NCBI GenBank assembly: GCA_964355675.1
Contig: CAYHEC010000014.1
Coordinates: 1,110 to 65,109 of the forward strand
DNA: 64,000 nt
Direction: 5' to 3'
Source of the DNA: an uncultured Caldithrix sp.
Lineage (GTDB): Bacteria; Electryoneota; AABM5-125-24; Hatepunaeales; Hatepunaeaceae
The notes below the pieces were generated by a model. It did no database searches and had not been told where the DNA came from. It saw nothing but the letters and a program-made list of their open reading frames with translations. Below, piece after piece: positions 26,905-35,078 of the stretch. Numbering within the stretch: position 1 is the stretch's first letter; each line of letters opens with the position of its first letter. Position numbers and translations under genes: made by a program.

Positions 26905-27111
26905 ATGCCGAACGTAAAAGTCCGTGATGGCGAGCCGTTTGAGCGAGCGTTCAAGCGTTTCACCAAGTCCTGTGAAAAATGTGGCCTGATGGCAGAAATC
27001 AGGAAGCACCAACGTTTCATCAAGCCCTCAGAGGCGAGCAAAAGAAAGTCCGCCGCCGCACGACGCAAGATGAGGAAAGTTGCGCGTTTGCAGGCGCTTC
27101 TTGGCAGGTAG
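26905..27111 (+). CDS. rpsU: 30S ribosomal protein S21
   Basis: MPNVKVRDGEPFERAFKRFTKSCEKCGLMAEIRKHQRF matches the S21 family pattern. Confidence 0.95.
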   Translation: MPNVKVRDGEPFERAFKRFTKSCEKCGLMAEIRKHQRFIKPSEASKRKSAAARRKMRKVARLQALLGR

Positions 27112-27143
27112 AATCTGCAAGGGAAGATTAACAATTAGGTTTC

Positions 27144-27257
27144 TTCAGCCACGCTGAAGCTGTGAACTCAAACTGGTCGCATTCAGCCACGCTGAAGCTG
27201 TGAACTCAAACTGGTCGCATTCAGACACGCTGAAGCTGTGAACTCAAACTGGTCGCA
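27144..27257 (+). repeat. Three exact-period 38-bp tandem repeats
   Basis: The unit TTCAGCCACGCTGAAGCTGTGAACTCAAACTGGTCGCA occurs at 27144, 27182 and 27220. It contains the hairpin TTCAGC-cac-GCTGAA. Confidence 0.92.
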
Positions 27258-27356
27258 TACTGTCTGTTCTCTGAGAGTTTACGGCGACAAATGTCGTCGC
27301 AAAAGAGTTCGAGTCTATTTAGGTCACGGTAGTAATTCATTTTCTGAGGGGTTATT

Positions 27357-28055
27357 ATGACAAAATATGACTTTGGTATTCTTGCCATACTGCTCATCTT
27401 TTCCCTTCTCGGGTTTCTTCGTGGATTTGTGACCGAGCTGTTTGAGGCGATTGGGATAATAGTAGCCGTTCTTTACGGCAAACTCATCGCGATCAAAATC
27501 GCTCACATCCTTCCTGATTCAGTCCCCGAATATATGAGAGTCCCGCTTACCACGTTTGTACTCTCAGTCCTGTTGATATTTACCATCAAAGCAATTGGCG
27601 GTGCGATTCGAAAGGCTTTCGTAAAGAAGAACCTGAAAGGAGTCGATCACTTTCTTGGTGGCTTCATGGGAGCCGGTAAGGGCGCGGTAGTTGTTGTTTG
27701 CCTTATGGCTGTTCTTACTTTGACGCCGTTTTCCAGATTGTTTGAGATGGAAAAGAAACCTGCTCCGGTAATGCGTTGGGCGATGAAAAATAGCAAGCCT
27801 GTACTGGCGAAATATTCTTCGAAAATTACGGATGTCGCACAGCAGCAGATTCAGGGGGCAGTCTCGAGCGCTATGGCTCCGCAAGGCGGCTCCGTACCAG
27901 CGACTATCTCCAACCTTTCGTCATCACTTTCCAAAACCGACCGTGCCGACATTATAAAACTCCTCAAAGAGCCCGCCATCGCCAGCCTCAACCTCACCGA
28001 AGAAGCCCTTTTGAAGATGGTGCGTACTATGCGTGAAACCCAGGGGAAAAGATAG
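27357..28055 (+). CDS. cvpA: CvpA-family membrane protein
   Basis: 232 aa with four N-terminal hydrophobic helices in the CvpA arrangement and a soluble C-terminal tail. Confidence 0.7.
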   Translation: MTKYDFGILAILLIFSLLGFLRGFVTELFEAIGIIVAVLYGKLIAIKIAHILPDSVPEYMRVPLTTFVLSVLLIFTIKAIGGAIRKAFVKKNLKGVDHFLGGFMGAGKGAVVVVCLMAVLTLTPFSRLFEMEKKPAPVMRWAMKNSKPVLAKYSSKITDVAQQQIQGAVSSAMAPQGGSVPATISNLSSSLSKTDRADIIKLLKEPAIASLNLTEEALLKMVRTMRETQGKR

Positions 28056-28075
28056 GGCTGACCACCCCCTGCCGA

Positions 28076-30457
28076 ATGAATCCACTAACTTACTCTGCCC
28101 TTGAGTTTGACCGCCTGATTTCTCATCTTTCCGGTTATTGCCAGACCGATCAGGGCCGCGAAATTCTTAGCGACCTGAAGCCATCCTTTAACCTCACTCA
28201 GATACAAGCAGAAATTGCCCGCGTGGAAGAAGTGCGCGGACTTTATCGGCGTTCGGGCAGTTTTCCCGCAAGCGGTATATCTGACATCAGATTACACTTG
28301 AAACGGGCAGGCGTTCAGGGCAGTGTTCTGGATGAATCTCAACTTCTTGCCATACTTCACCACCTTCGAGTTCATGCCCAGACTGAAAAGTTGATGCTTA
28401 GGGAGGCTTCGCGTATGCCTCTTACCGCAGTAATCACGGTGGATTTGAAATCGTTGCCTGTGCTTGAGAGCAGGCTCGATAAGGCAATCACTCCCGATGG
28501 AACTGTGCGCGATTCAGCCTCGCCGGAACTGTCTCGAATCCGAAAGTCGATGGGGGTTCAGCTGGAAAGGCTCCGAACTAAGCTGATGGGTATGATTCCC
28601 AAACTCTCTCGTGCCGGGATTCTGAGGGAAGATTCGTTCTCGCTTCGAGATGGAAGGTATGTTCTTCCTGTACGATCAGACTCGATCGGTTCGGTAAAAG
28701 GAATAATACATGATCGGTCGGCGACCGGGGGAACGATATTCATCGAGCCGACGGCGTTGATCGATCTGGGTAACGAACTGCGAACTCTGGAACTTGCTGA
28801 GCGAGATGAAGTCCGACGGATACTGCGCGAGTTGACATCCTATGTTCGAAGCGATATAGTTGTAATCGAAGCTAATTACCGGGTTATTATCCAGCTTGAC
28901 TGCCTTTGGGCAAAGGCAATTCTGGCGGAACGGCTTGAAGCCAATCCTCCCATTATCAACGAATCAGGCGCGCTCCATCTGTATGGCGCGAGACATCCGT
29001 TGTTGGTTCTTTCTGGCGACCGGAAGGTTGTTCCGCTCAATCTTGATCTGGGAGACGACTACGGGATGTTGGTTATTTCGGGGCCTAATGCGGGAGGGAA
29101 AAGCGTGGCTATGAAGACAGTAGGGCTGGTGTCGCTGATGGCGGCTTGCGGGTTGCATGTACCAGCGTTGCCGGGGACGGAAATACCGCTTTATCTTTCT
29201 ATAGAAGCGGATATTGGCGACCAGCAATCGATTGCAGATGACCTCTCGACATTTACTGCCCATGCGACGCGATTAAAAGAGATTCTGGCGACGGCATCTT
29301 CCAGAACCCTTGTGTTGATCGATGAGATCGGAGCTGGAACCGACCCACAGGAAGGGGCGTCTCTGTCGATTGCCACACTTGAAAGACTGATTGCCAACAG
29401 AATCCCGACGATTGTAACGACACATCATGGCGCGCTAAAGGCTTTTGCTCACTCGGCGGACTGGTGCGCCAATGGCTCGATGGAGTTCGACCTCGCTTCA
29501 TTCCGACCGACCTATCGTTTTCGTCCCCATATACCGGGTTCAAGTTATGCCCTCGATATCGCCCGACGTGCCGGGTTACCAGAAGATTTAATCGCGAGAG
29601 CGAGGGAGCTTGTCGGCAGTGAACGGTCGCAGTTAGAAGAGCTTATTGTTAATCTGTCTGAAAAGCTTACCTCTTACAGTACTTTGGTTGCCGATCAGGA
29701 GCAGAAAACCGGATTGATTGCGGCTCAAGAGGCAGATTATCGCCAGAAGTTGGAACGGCTACAGCAAAGAGAGAAACAGCTTAAACAACAAGCGATGCAG
29801 GAAGTCGAAGAGGTTCTTAAGGTTGCCCGCAAGACGGTTGAAACTGTTGTCAAGGATTTACGCGAGCAGGGTGGACGTTCGGACTCAATTAAGATCGCTC
29901 ACCAGACTCTTGCTGATTTGAAGAAAAGCGTGTCGGTAAGGCTTAACGTTCCCACAGTCGATGTGCCTCAACCTACCCGGCATGACATTATTCCTGAATT
30001 CGACACAAAACGCGCCATCGGTATCGATGACTGGGTATCGATAGATGGCGGTTCAAGTGGGCAGGTGACGGCTATTTCGGCGAAAAAGGATCGTGTCTGC
30101 GTCGTAGTAGGAGCGGTTCAACTTTGGGTCACGAAAGACCGAGTTTCGCTAATACAGAGGCCGGATGAGCCTTCGGAATCGGTTCGTACTTATGCGAAAT
30201 TGCCTGAAGTGCCGTTTGAGCTTGATGTGAGAGGACTCGACGCTCCGGAAGCGCTGTTTCGGGTGGAGAGATATGTTTATGATGGCATGTCTAATGGCAG
30301 GACAAAGCTTGGAATTATTCACGGCAAAGGGGCGGGGATACTTGCCAAGTATATCCGTGAGGCTCTGAAGAAAAATAAGCTGGTTGCGTCGTTTCGGTAC
30401 GGGGAGTATGGGGAAGGGGACTATGGCGTGACGATTGTCGATTTGAAGGAAGATTGA
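28076..30457 (+). CDS. mutS2: Endonuclease MutS2
   Basis: 793 aa. Walker A GPNAGGKS, DEIGAGTDP, long coiled coil, C-terminal Smr domain (LDVRGL...IIHGKGAGIL). Confidence 0.95.
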   Translation: MNPLTYSALEFDRLISHLSGYCQTDQGREILSDLKPSFNLTQIQAEIARVEEVRGLYRRSGSFPASGISDIRLHLKRAGVQGSVLDESQLLAILHHLRVHAQTEKLMLREASRMPLTAVITVDLKSLPVLESRLDKAITPDGTVRDSASPELSRIRKSMGVQLERLRTKLMGMIPKLSRAGILREDSFSLRDGRYVLPVRSDSIGSVKGIIHDRSATGGTIFIEPTALIDLGNELRTLELAERDEVRRILRELTSYVRSDIVVIEANYRVIIQLDCLWAKAILAERLEANPPIINESGALHLYGARHPLLVLSGDRKVVPLNLDLGDDYGMLVISGPNAGGKSVAMKTVGLVSLMAACGLHVPALPGTEIPLYLSIEADIGDQQSIADDLSTFTAHATRLKEILATASSRTLVLIDEIGAGTDPQEGASLSIATLERLIANRIPTIVTTHHGALKAFAHSADWCANGSMEFDLASFRPTYRFRPHIPGSSYALDIARRAGLPEDLIARARELVGSERSQLEELIVNLSEKLTSYSTLVADQEQKTGLIAAQEADYRQKLERLQQREKQLKQQAMQEVEEVLKVARKTVETVVKDLREQGGRSDSIKIAHQTLADLKKSVSVRLNVPTVDVPQPTRHDIIPEFDTKRAIGIDDWVSIDGGSSGQVTAISAKKDRVCVVVGAVQLWVTKDRVSLIQRPDEPSESVRTYAKLPEVPFELDVRGLDAPEALFRVERYVYDGMSNGRTKLGIIHGKGAGILAKYIREALKKNKLVASFRYGEYGEGDYGVTIVDLKED

Positions 30458-30522
30458 TTTTCAAGAGATAGCTCATTTGCGACTTGACACTCTGAGGCGA
30501 TTGTCGTAAATTACATAAAATT

Positions 30523-30554
30523 CTTGGAGGGCGGGTTTAAACCCGCCCTCCAAG
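30523..30554. repeat. Perfect 32-nt palindrome of family D (CTTGGAGGGCGGG-tttaaa-CCCGCCCTCCAAG)
   Basis: Read directly from the sequence. It lies 16 nt upstream of tRNA-Gly. Confidence 0.9.
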
Positions 30555-30569
30555 GGTGAAGATCACCGT

Positions 30570-30641
30570 GCGGCTGTGACGCAATGGTAGCGTACCAGCT
30601 TCCCAAGCTGGATGTTGCCGGTTCGAGCCCGGTCAGCCGCT
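30570..30641 (+). tRNA. tRNA-Gly (anticodon CCC)
   Basis: Folded by hand. Acceptor GCGGCTG/CAGCCGC, D stem ACGC/GCGT, anticodon stem CCAGC/GCTGG with loop TTCCCAA, T arm GCCGG-TTCGAGC-CCGGT. Confidence 0.9.
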
Positions 30642-30717
30642 CAACGCACAAACGAGGATGAAGCATCCGGCAAGGATTGGGGTTTCATCCTCGCTTGCGT
30701 TAATACACTTAGACATC

Positions 30718-30978
30718 ATGGAGGGCGGACTTTCAGTCCGCTCTTGACAAGCGGGACGCTTATCCTACGCGAGAAAGGGCGGCTTGAAAAGCCGCCCTCC
30801 AAGAGCTTAGTTTTTGGTGTGTGCGTAGGTGCGGAGCATCCATGGAGTTAAAGTGGGGCGGATTGCAATCCGCCCCACTTACAGGCGCGACGGCGACAGG
30901 TCGAGACGCTTATCCTACTGACAAGCGGGACGCTTATCCTACGCGAGCGAGGGTGGCTTGAAAAGCCGCCCTCCAAGA
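30718..30978. repeat. Dense repeat block between tRNA-Gly and der
   Basis: D hairpin GGAGGGCGGACTTTCAGTCCGC (30720-30741). Composite F+D copies at 30746-30805 and 30920-30978. GGGGCGGATTgcAATCCGCCCC (30855-30876). Partial F copy at 30903-30918. Confidence 0.85.
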
Positions 30979-31002
30979 ACGATTCTCAATAAAGAAAAAA
31001 TT

Positions 31003-32325
31003 ATGTCCTTACCAATCGTCGCTATTGTCGGCAGGCCTAACGTTGGCAAATCGACACTATTCAACCGGATCATCAAACGGCAACAAGCCGTCGTCGATCC
31101 GTCGCCCGGCGTCACTCGCGACCGGCATTATACGACCGCCGAGTGGATCGGAGTGCAATTTACTCTGGTCGATACCGGCGGCTTCATGCACGACGGCGAA
31201 GGCGATAAGCTGAATGCGGCAGTTCGCGAGCAGACACTCATTGCGGCCGAGGAAGCGGATGTTGTACTGCTTTTGACTGATGCGATGGCGGGGGAATCTG
31301 AAGAAGAGTCTGAACTCGCTCGCCTGATTCAGAAACGTCCCGTCAAAGTTCTTTTAGTAGCGAACAAAGTGGATGATCCATCGAAACTGGCGCTCGCCTA
31401 TGAGGGACGAAAGTTTGGATTTGGGGATCCTTTTCCAATCTCGGCTCAGACCGGATTCAATGTGGCAGAAATGCTTGATGAGATCATCAGAATACTGGTC
31501 GAGATGAAGCCAATCATGCCGACGGCAGATCCACACGAGGAACTTTCTCTCGCAGTGATCGGCGCTCCAAACAGTGGGAAGTCATCGTTGATCAATCGTT
31601 TGGTAGGCAAGGAGAGAATGGTTGTCTCTGATATACCGGGCACGACCCGCGATGCTATCGACACGCTGATCAGCTACCATGGCCGCTCAATCAGACTTGT
31701 CGATACGGCGGGGTTGAAACGGAAGCGGTACGGTCAGGAGGGGCTCGAGTTCTTCACCAGTCTTCGCACGCTCAAGGCGCTGGATCGATGCGACGTAGCC
31801 GCGGTGATGATCGACGCCACTTTGGGGATAACCCAGGGCGATGTAAAGCTTGTGCAGACAGCAGTCGATGCAGGGGCAGGGGTTATTTTGGTAATGAACA
31901 AGTGGGACATTATGGAAAAAGGTGAAAAGAAGTCGGAAAAACTGCTTGAAGATTGGAAACGCCGAGCGCCTCAAATGTCTTGGATTCCGATGCTTTATGT
32001 ATCAGCAACGACTGGTCGCAATGCGATCTCGGTGGTTGAAGAGGCGCTTGCCATCAGGGAACTACGCGAACACCGGATTTCAACCTCCGAGATCAATAAT
32101 GAGATCATACCGTTATTGCAAAGGACAGCGCCTCCCGCAATAAAGGGAAGGTTCGTAAAGGTAAAATACGGCGTGCAGGTATCGATAAAGCCACCGAAAT
32201 TTGCCTTCTTTGCCAGCTACGCCAACCTGATTCCGGAACAGTACCGGCGATTTGCCGAGAGGATTCTTCGGGAACGCTACGGTTTTCGAGGCGTTCCGAT
32301 CACGATACAATTCCGAGGAAAGTAA
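31003..32325 (+). CDS. der: Ribosome-associated GTPase Der/EngA
   Basis: Two tandem GTPase domains (GRPNVGKST..DTGG..NKVD and GAPNSGKSS..DTAG..NKWD) plus a KH-like C-terminus. The start is set at the ATG 31003, because the ORF-track TTG at 30958 lies inside a repeat. Confidence 0.95.
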   Translation: MSLPIVAIVGRPNVGKSTLFNRIIKRQQAVVDPSPGVTRDRHYTTAEWIGVQFTLVDTGGFMHDGEGDKLNAAVREQTLIAAEEADVVLLLTDAMAGESEEESELARLIQKRPVKVLLVANKVDDPSKLALAYEGRKFGFGDPFPISAQTGFNVAEMLDEIIRILVEMKPIMPTADPHEELSLAVIGAPNSGKSSLINRLVGKERMVVSDIPGTTRDAIDTLISYHGRSIRLVDTAGLKRKRYGQEGLEFFTSLRTLKALDRCDVAAVMIDATLGITQGDVKLVQTAVDAGAGVILVMNKWDIMEKGEKKSEKLLEDWKRRAPQMSWIPMLYVSATTGRNAISVVEEALAIRELREHRISTSEINNEIIPLLQRTAPPAIKGRFVKVKYGVQVSIKPPKFAFFASYANLIPEQYRRFAERILRERYGFRGVPITIQFRGK

Positions 32326-32332
32326 AGGTCCG

Positions 32333-32497
32333 GTAGAACGGGCGGGACGCCCGTTGTTAGAGCCTGCTACCGACCCGCCGTGGTCGGCGGCATAATTCAG
32401 TGGTATTAACTATTTGGTGTCGGGTGCGGCGACCCGACACCGGCTTGAATCTTCTTACGTACGAGTCATAAGAAAACGGGCGGGACGCCCGTTCTAC
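32333..32497. repeat. Inverted pair of GTAG-AACGGGCGGGACGCCCGTT hairpins bracketing two other hairpins
   Basis: GTAGAACGGGCGGGACGCCCGTT at 32333-32355 with its reverse complement at 32475-32497. Between them lie GCTACCGACCCGCCGTGGTCGGCGGC (32366-32391) and GGTGTCGGGTGCGGCGACCCGACACC (32416-32441). Confidence 0.85.
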
Positions 32498-32614
32498 TGA
32501 TTGCACACAGTTAGAAAAATTTGGCAGAATCCCTCCATAATTATGCCGATTGCAAAATATTTTGCAAAAAACGCGTAACTCCCCAAATTCCATCAAAAAT
32601 ATTTTCCAAATCTC

Positions 32615-32643
32615 TTGACAACAGGAAATCGACTCTATATCTT
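32615..32643 (+). promoter_or_regulatory. Candidate dcw (Pmra-like) promoter
   Basis: TTGACA at 32615-32620, then TATATC (15-nt spacer) or TATCTT (17-nt spacer). About 60 nt upstream of mraZ. Confidence 0.35.
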
Positions 32644-32704
32644 ACGTGGTGAAAAGAGGTACTTTTTCCCATTACAGGACATTTTCATTGCGAAATAGAG
32701 CGTC

Positions 32705-33172
32705 ATGCAGTTCATAGCCGCGGCGACATACACCTTAGACGAAAAGTCAAGGATAGCTCTACCTGCCATCTTCCGAAATGATTGCTATGATGGCGGGCAG
32801 GGTAAATTTGTCGTGACTGTCGGCGATGAATGTCTGCTTGTCTTTTCGGTTAAAGAGTGGGAACGAATTCTTGAAAAGGAAATTTCGCCAGAACTTCTTG
32901 GAATGGATGAAATTACGTTTGCTCGCTACGAGCGCTTCCTCGATAAATATACCGAAGCCGTTAACACCGACCCTCAGGGTCGCATTCGTATCCCGAACGT
33001 ATTGCTTGAGTTTGCCAAGCTTGGCAGAGAAGTACTAATCACTTCCAAAAGAAATGGGTTAGAGCTTTGGAATCAAGCTGAGCACGACAAGTTTATCGGC
33101 CCGATCGAAGATTTCAAGGCGGCTTACAGGCGAAGGCTGTTCAATAAGAGGTCTCACTCGAATGATGAATAG
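32705..33172 (+). CDS. mraZ: Transcriptional regulator MraZ
   Basis: 155 aa. Two SpoVT/AbrB-like halves with DxxxR motifs (DEKSRIALP, DPQGRIRIP). First gene of the dcw cluster. Confidence 0.93.
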   Translation: MQFIAAATYTLDEKSRIALPAIFRNDCYDGGQGKFVVTVGDECLLVFSVKEWERILEKEISPELLGMDEITFARYERFLDKYTEAVNTDPQGRIRIPNVLLEFAKLGREVLITSKRNGLELWNQAEHDKFIGPIEDFKAAYRRRLFNKRSHSNDE

Positions 33173-33212
33173 TCAAGTGTCATTTAATTGGGACTGTTTC
33201 CCAAACTCAAAA

Positions 33213-33299
33213 GCGTGTAGCCTGCACAGCTTTGCTGGGCTGGACGCGGAAATTGTGCTTGAATCCTGCCCGCCCAGCAAAGCTGTGCGGGCTACACGC
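33213..33299. repeat. BIME-like inverted pair of family-G repeats
   Basis: GCGTGTAGCCTGCACAGCTTTGCTGGGC (33213-33240) and GCCCAGCAAAGCTGTGCGGGCTACACGC (33272-33299). These 28-nt arms have one mismatch and a 31-nt spacer. Confidence 0.88.
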
Positions 33300-33377
33300 C
33301 ACGATTTTCATCATTTAGGATGTGGGCAATAACCCTTGATTATTCTTGAACAGTAGGACCAGCGTTGTCGATGAGGA

Positions 33378-34295
33378 TTGACATTGAGTATTCATGTACC
33401 GGTCATGGTCGAGGAGGTTGCGCACTATCTTTTTGATAATAATGGGGTAAAATATCTCGATTGTACTTTTGGGGCTGGTGGACACACTGCTCACTTATTG
33501 GAAAAGGCGTCACGGCCGATCGAAGTATTTGGAATTGATCTCGACATAGACGCCGTTGCATCTGGGAAAGAGCGTTTCAAAGGATTCAAGAATGTGCAGA
33601 TCGAGCATGGTGATTACGGATGTTTAGTAAAATACGCAAAGCAATATGGTCTTCATGATCTTGATGGAATACTTGCCGATTTTGGGCAATCGTCGGATCA
33701 GTTAGCATCAAAGACGGTAGGTATGTCCTATTCAAGCGATTCGAATCTCGATATGAGATATAATCGAACCAGTGGAATAACTGCCGAAGAGTTTCTGAAT
33801 AATATAAACTACGACGACTTAAAGAGGTTACTGAAAGATGTTGGACAAGAGAGTAACGCGGCTCGGTTAAGCAAAGCAATAATTCAGGCGAAGCCGTTGA
33901 AGACGACCAGCGATCTTGAGCGAGCAGTTAGATCGGTAACCTTTTCTCATCAGCAAAATAAAGTTCTTTCCAAAGTTTTTATGGTAGTTAGAGTAGCTGT
34001 CAACGACGAGCTCGGTGCAATCGATAGATTTCTTCTGCAAGCGCCGGCCCTGTTAAAATCAGGCGGAAGGATATTGTGCATTTCTTTTGACTCGAATCAG
34101 GACAGGCGCGTAAAAAACTCATTTCGTTCTCTGGAAAATCCCTGTATTTGTCCGCCCCATCTCCCGGTTTGTGTCTGTAATCGTATTCCAACGATGAAGG
34201 TGCTGACTTCCCATGCCTTGAAACCGACCGACAGTGAAATTGAATTGAACAAGCGTTGTCGAAGCGCCAAGTTGCGAATAGCAGAAAAAATATAA
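33378..34295 (+). CDS. rsmH: 16S rRNA (cytosine1402-N4)-methyltransferase RsmH
   Basis: HVPVM start motif, SAM-binding DCTFGAGGHT, conserved position after mraZ. TTG start. Confidence 0.93.
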   Translation: MTLSIHVPVMVEEVAHYLFDNNGVKYLDCTFGAGGHTAHLLEKASRPIEVFGIDLDIDAVASGKERFKGFKNVQIEHGDYGCLVKYAKQYGLHDLDGILADFGQSSDQLASKTVGMSYSSDSNLDMRYNRTSGITAEEFLNNINYDDLKRLLKDVGQESNAARLSKAIIQAKPLKTTSDLERAVRSVTFSHQQNKVLSKVFMVVRVAVNDELGAIDRFLLQAPALLKSGGRILCISFDSNQDRRVKNSFRSLENPCICPPHLPVCVCNRIPTMKVLTSHALKPTDSEIELNKRCRSAKLRIAEKI

Positions 34296-34455
34296 GACAG
34301 CAGACGATTACTCATTTATGAATCGTCTTTACACGTAACACGGCCGTTCCGGCGGTTCTGAAGCATTGCCGGCGAGAGTCAGCGTTACCGACCTTCTTAT
34401 GGGCGATAAAAAGATCGCCCCTCCCCGGCACTAAACAATTGCATGGAAGAAAGTT

Positions 34456-34863
34456 ATGACCTCTGCATCACTTGCTAACCCTCACCGAAAGATTAATCGC
34501 ATGGCGGCTCCGCCGATATCGCGAACGCTTAAGAGTTTGCTTTGGGCAGTCCTCGTGACGACAGTTGCCATAGTCTGGGTCGCGAAAGGAGCTTGGGCAG
34601 AAAGAGTTTCACACCGTCAACTGACCCTTGAGAGAGAGCTCAAGGAGTTGGTTATCGAAGCGAATAATATAAAACAGCAACTTCTTCAATTATCTGAATT
34701 TGCGCGAGTTGAGACCGAAGCTCGCAGTAGGCTTGGAATGGAATTTCCCGCCAATCCCCCGGACAAAATATGGACTGAAACACCTGTCGAGCAGCCTCTG
34801 TTAGGGACGATGGCATTTTTCTCTCTTATCCAGCGAGAAGCACCATCATTCCGCCAACACTAA
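34456..34863 (+). CDS. ftsL: Cell division protein FtsL-like
   Basis: 135 aa. Single TM helix (LLWAVLVTTVAIVWVA) followed by a coiled coil. Sits between rsmH and ftsI. Confidence 0.65.
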   Translation: MTSASLANPHRKINRMAAPPISRTLKSLLWAVLVTTVAIVWVAKGAWAERVSHRQLTLERELKELVIEANNIKQQLLQLSEFARVETEARSRLGMEFPANPPDKIWTETPVEQPLLGTMAFFSLIQREAPSFRQH

Positions 34864-35078
34864 ACGGAACAGGCGAGGCTGGCCGACGCAGATTATCGCT
34901 CCTTACCGGACTCGTTCTGGTAGGAGCTTTTGCCGTCTTTATCAGGCTTGTCTGGCTACAGGTTGTAATAAGCAGTGATCTTACGCGAATAGCGGATGAT
35001 CAGCACCACGCAAAGATACCAATCGAACCTCGCCGGGGTACAATATTTGATCGTAGTGGCAGACCACTAACCACAGAT

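Noticed and set aside
30612-30851. 79-aa ORF downstream of tRNA-Gly. Also the N-terminal extensions of the der (30958) and ftsE (50700) ORF-track entries.
   Set aside because: They are composed entirely of family D and F repeat sequence. Internal ATG starts with better context (31003, 50736) restore the canonical protein N-termini.
32631-32646. Exact 16-mer GACTCTATATCTTACG shared upstream of mraZ (32631-32646) and upstream of the cytochrome-porin candidate (62138-62153). It could be a common promoter or operator.
   Set aside because: For a 64-kb window, roughly one exact 16-mer coincidence is expected by chance. The flanks diverge immediately, with only 19/20 identity over the extended match. 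This is not enough to claim a motif without genome-wide enrichment.
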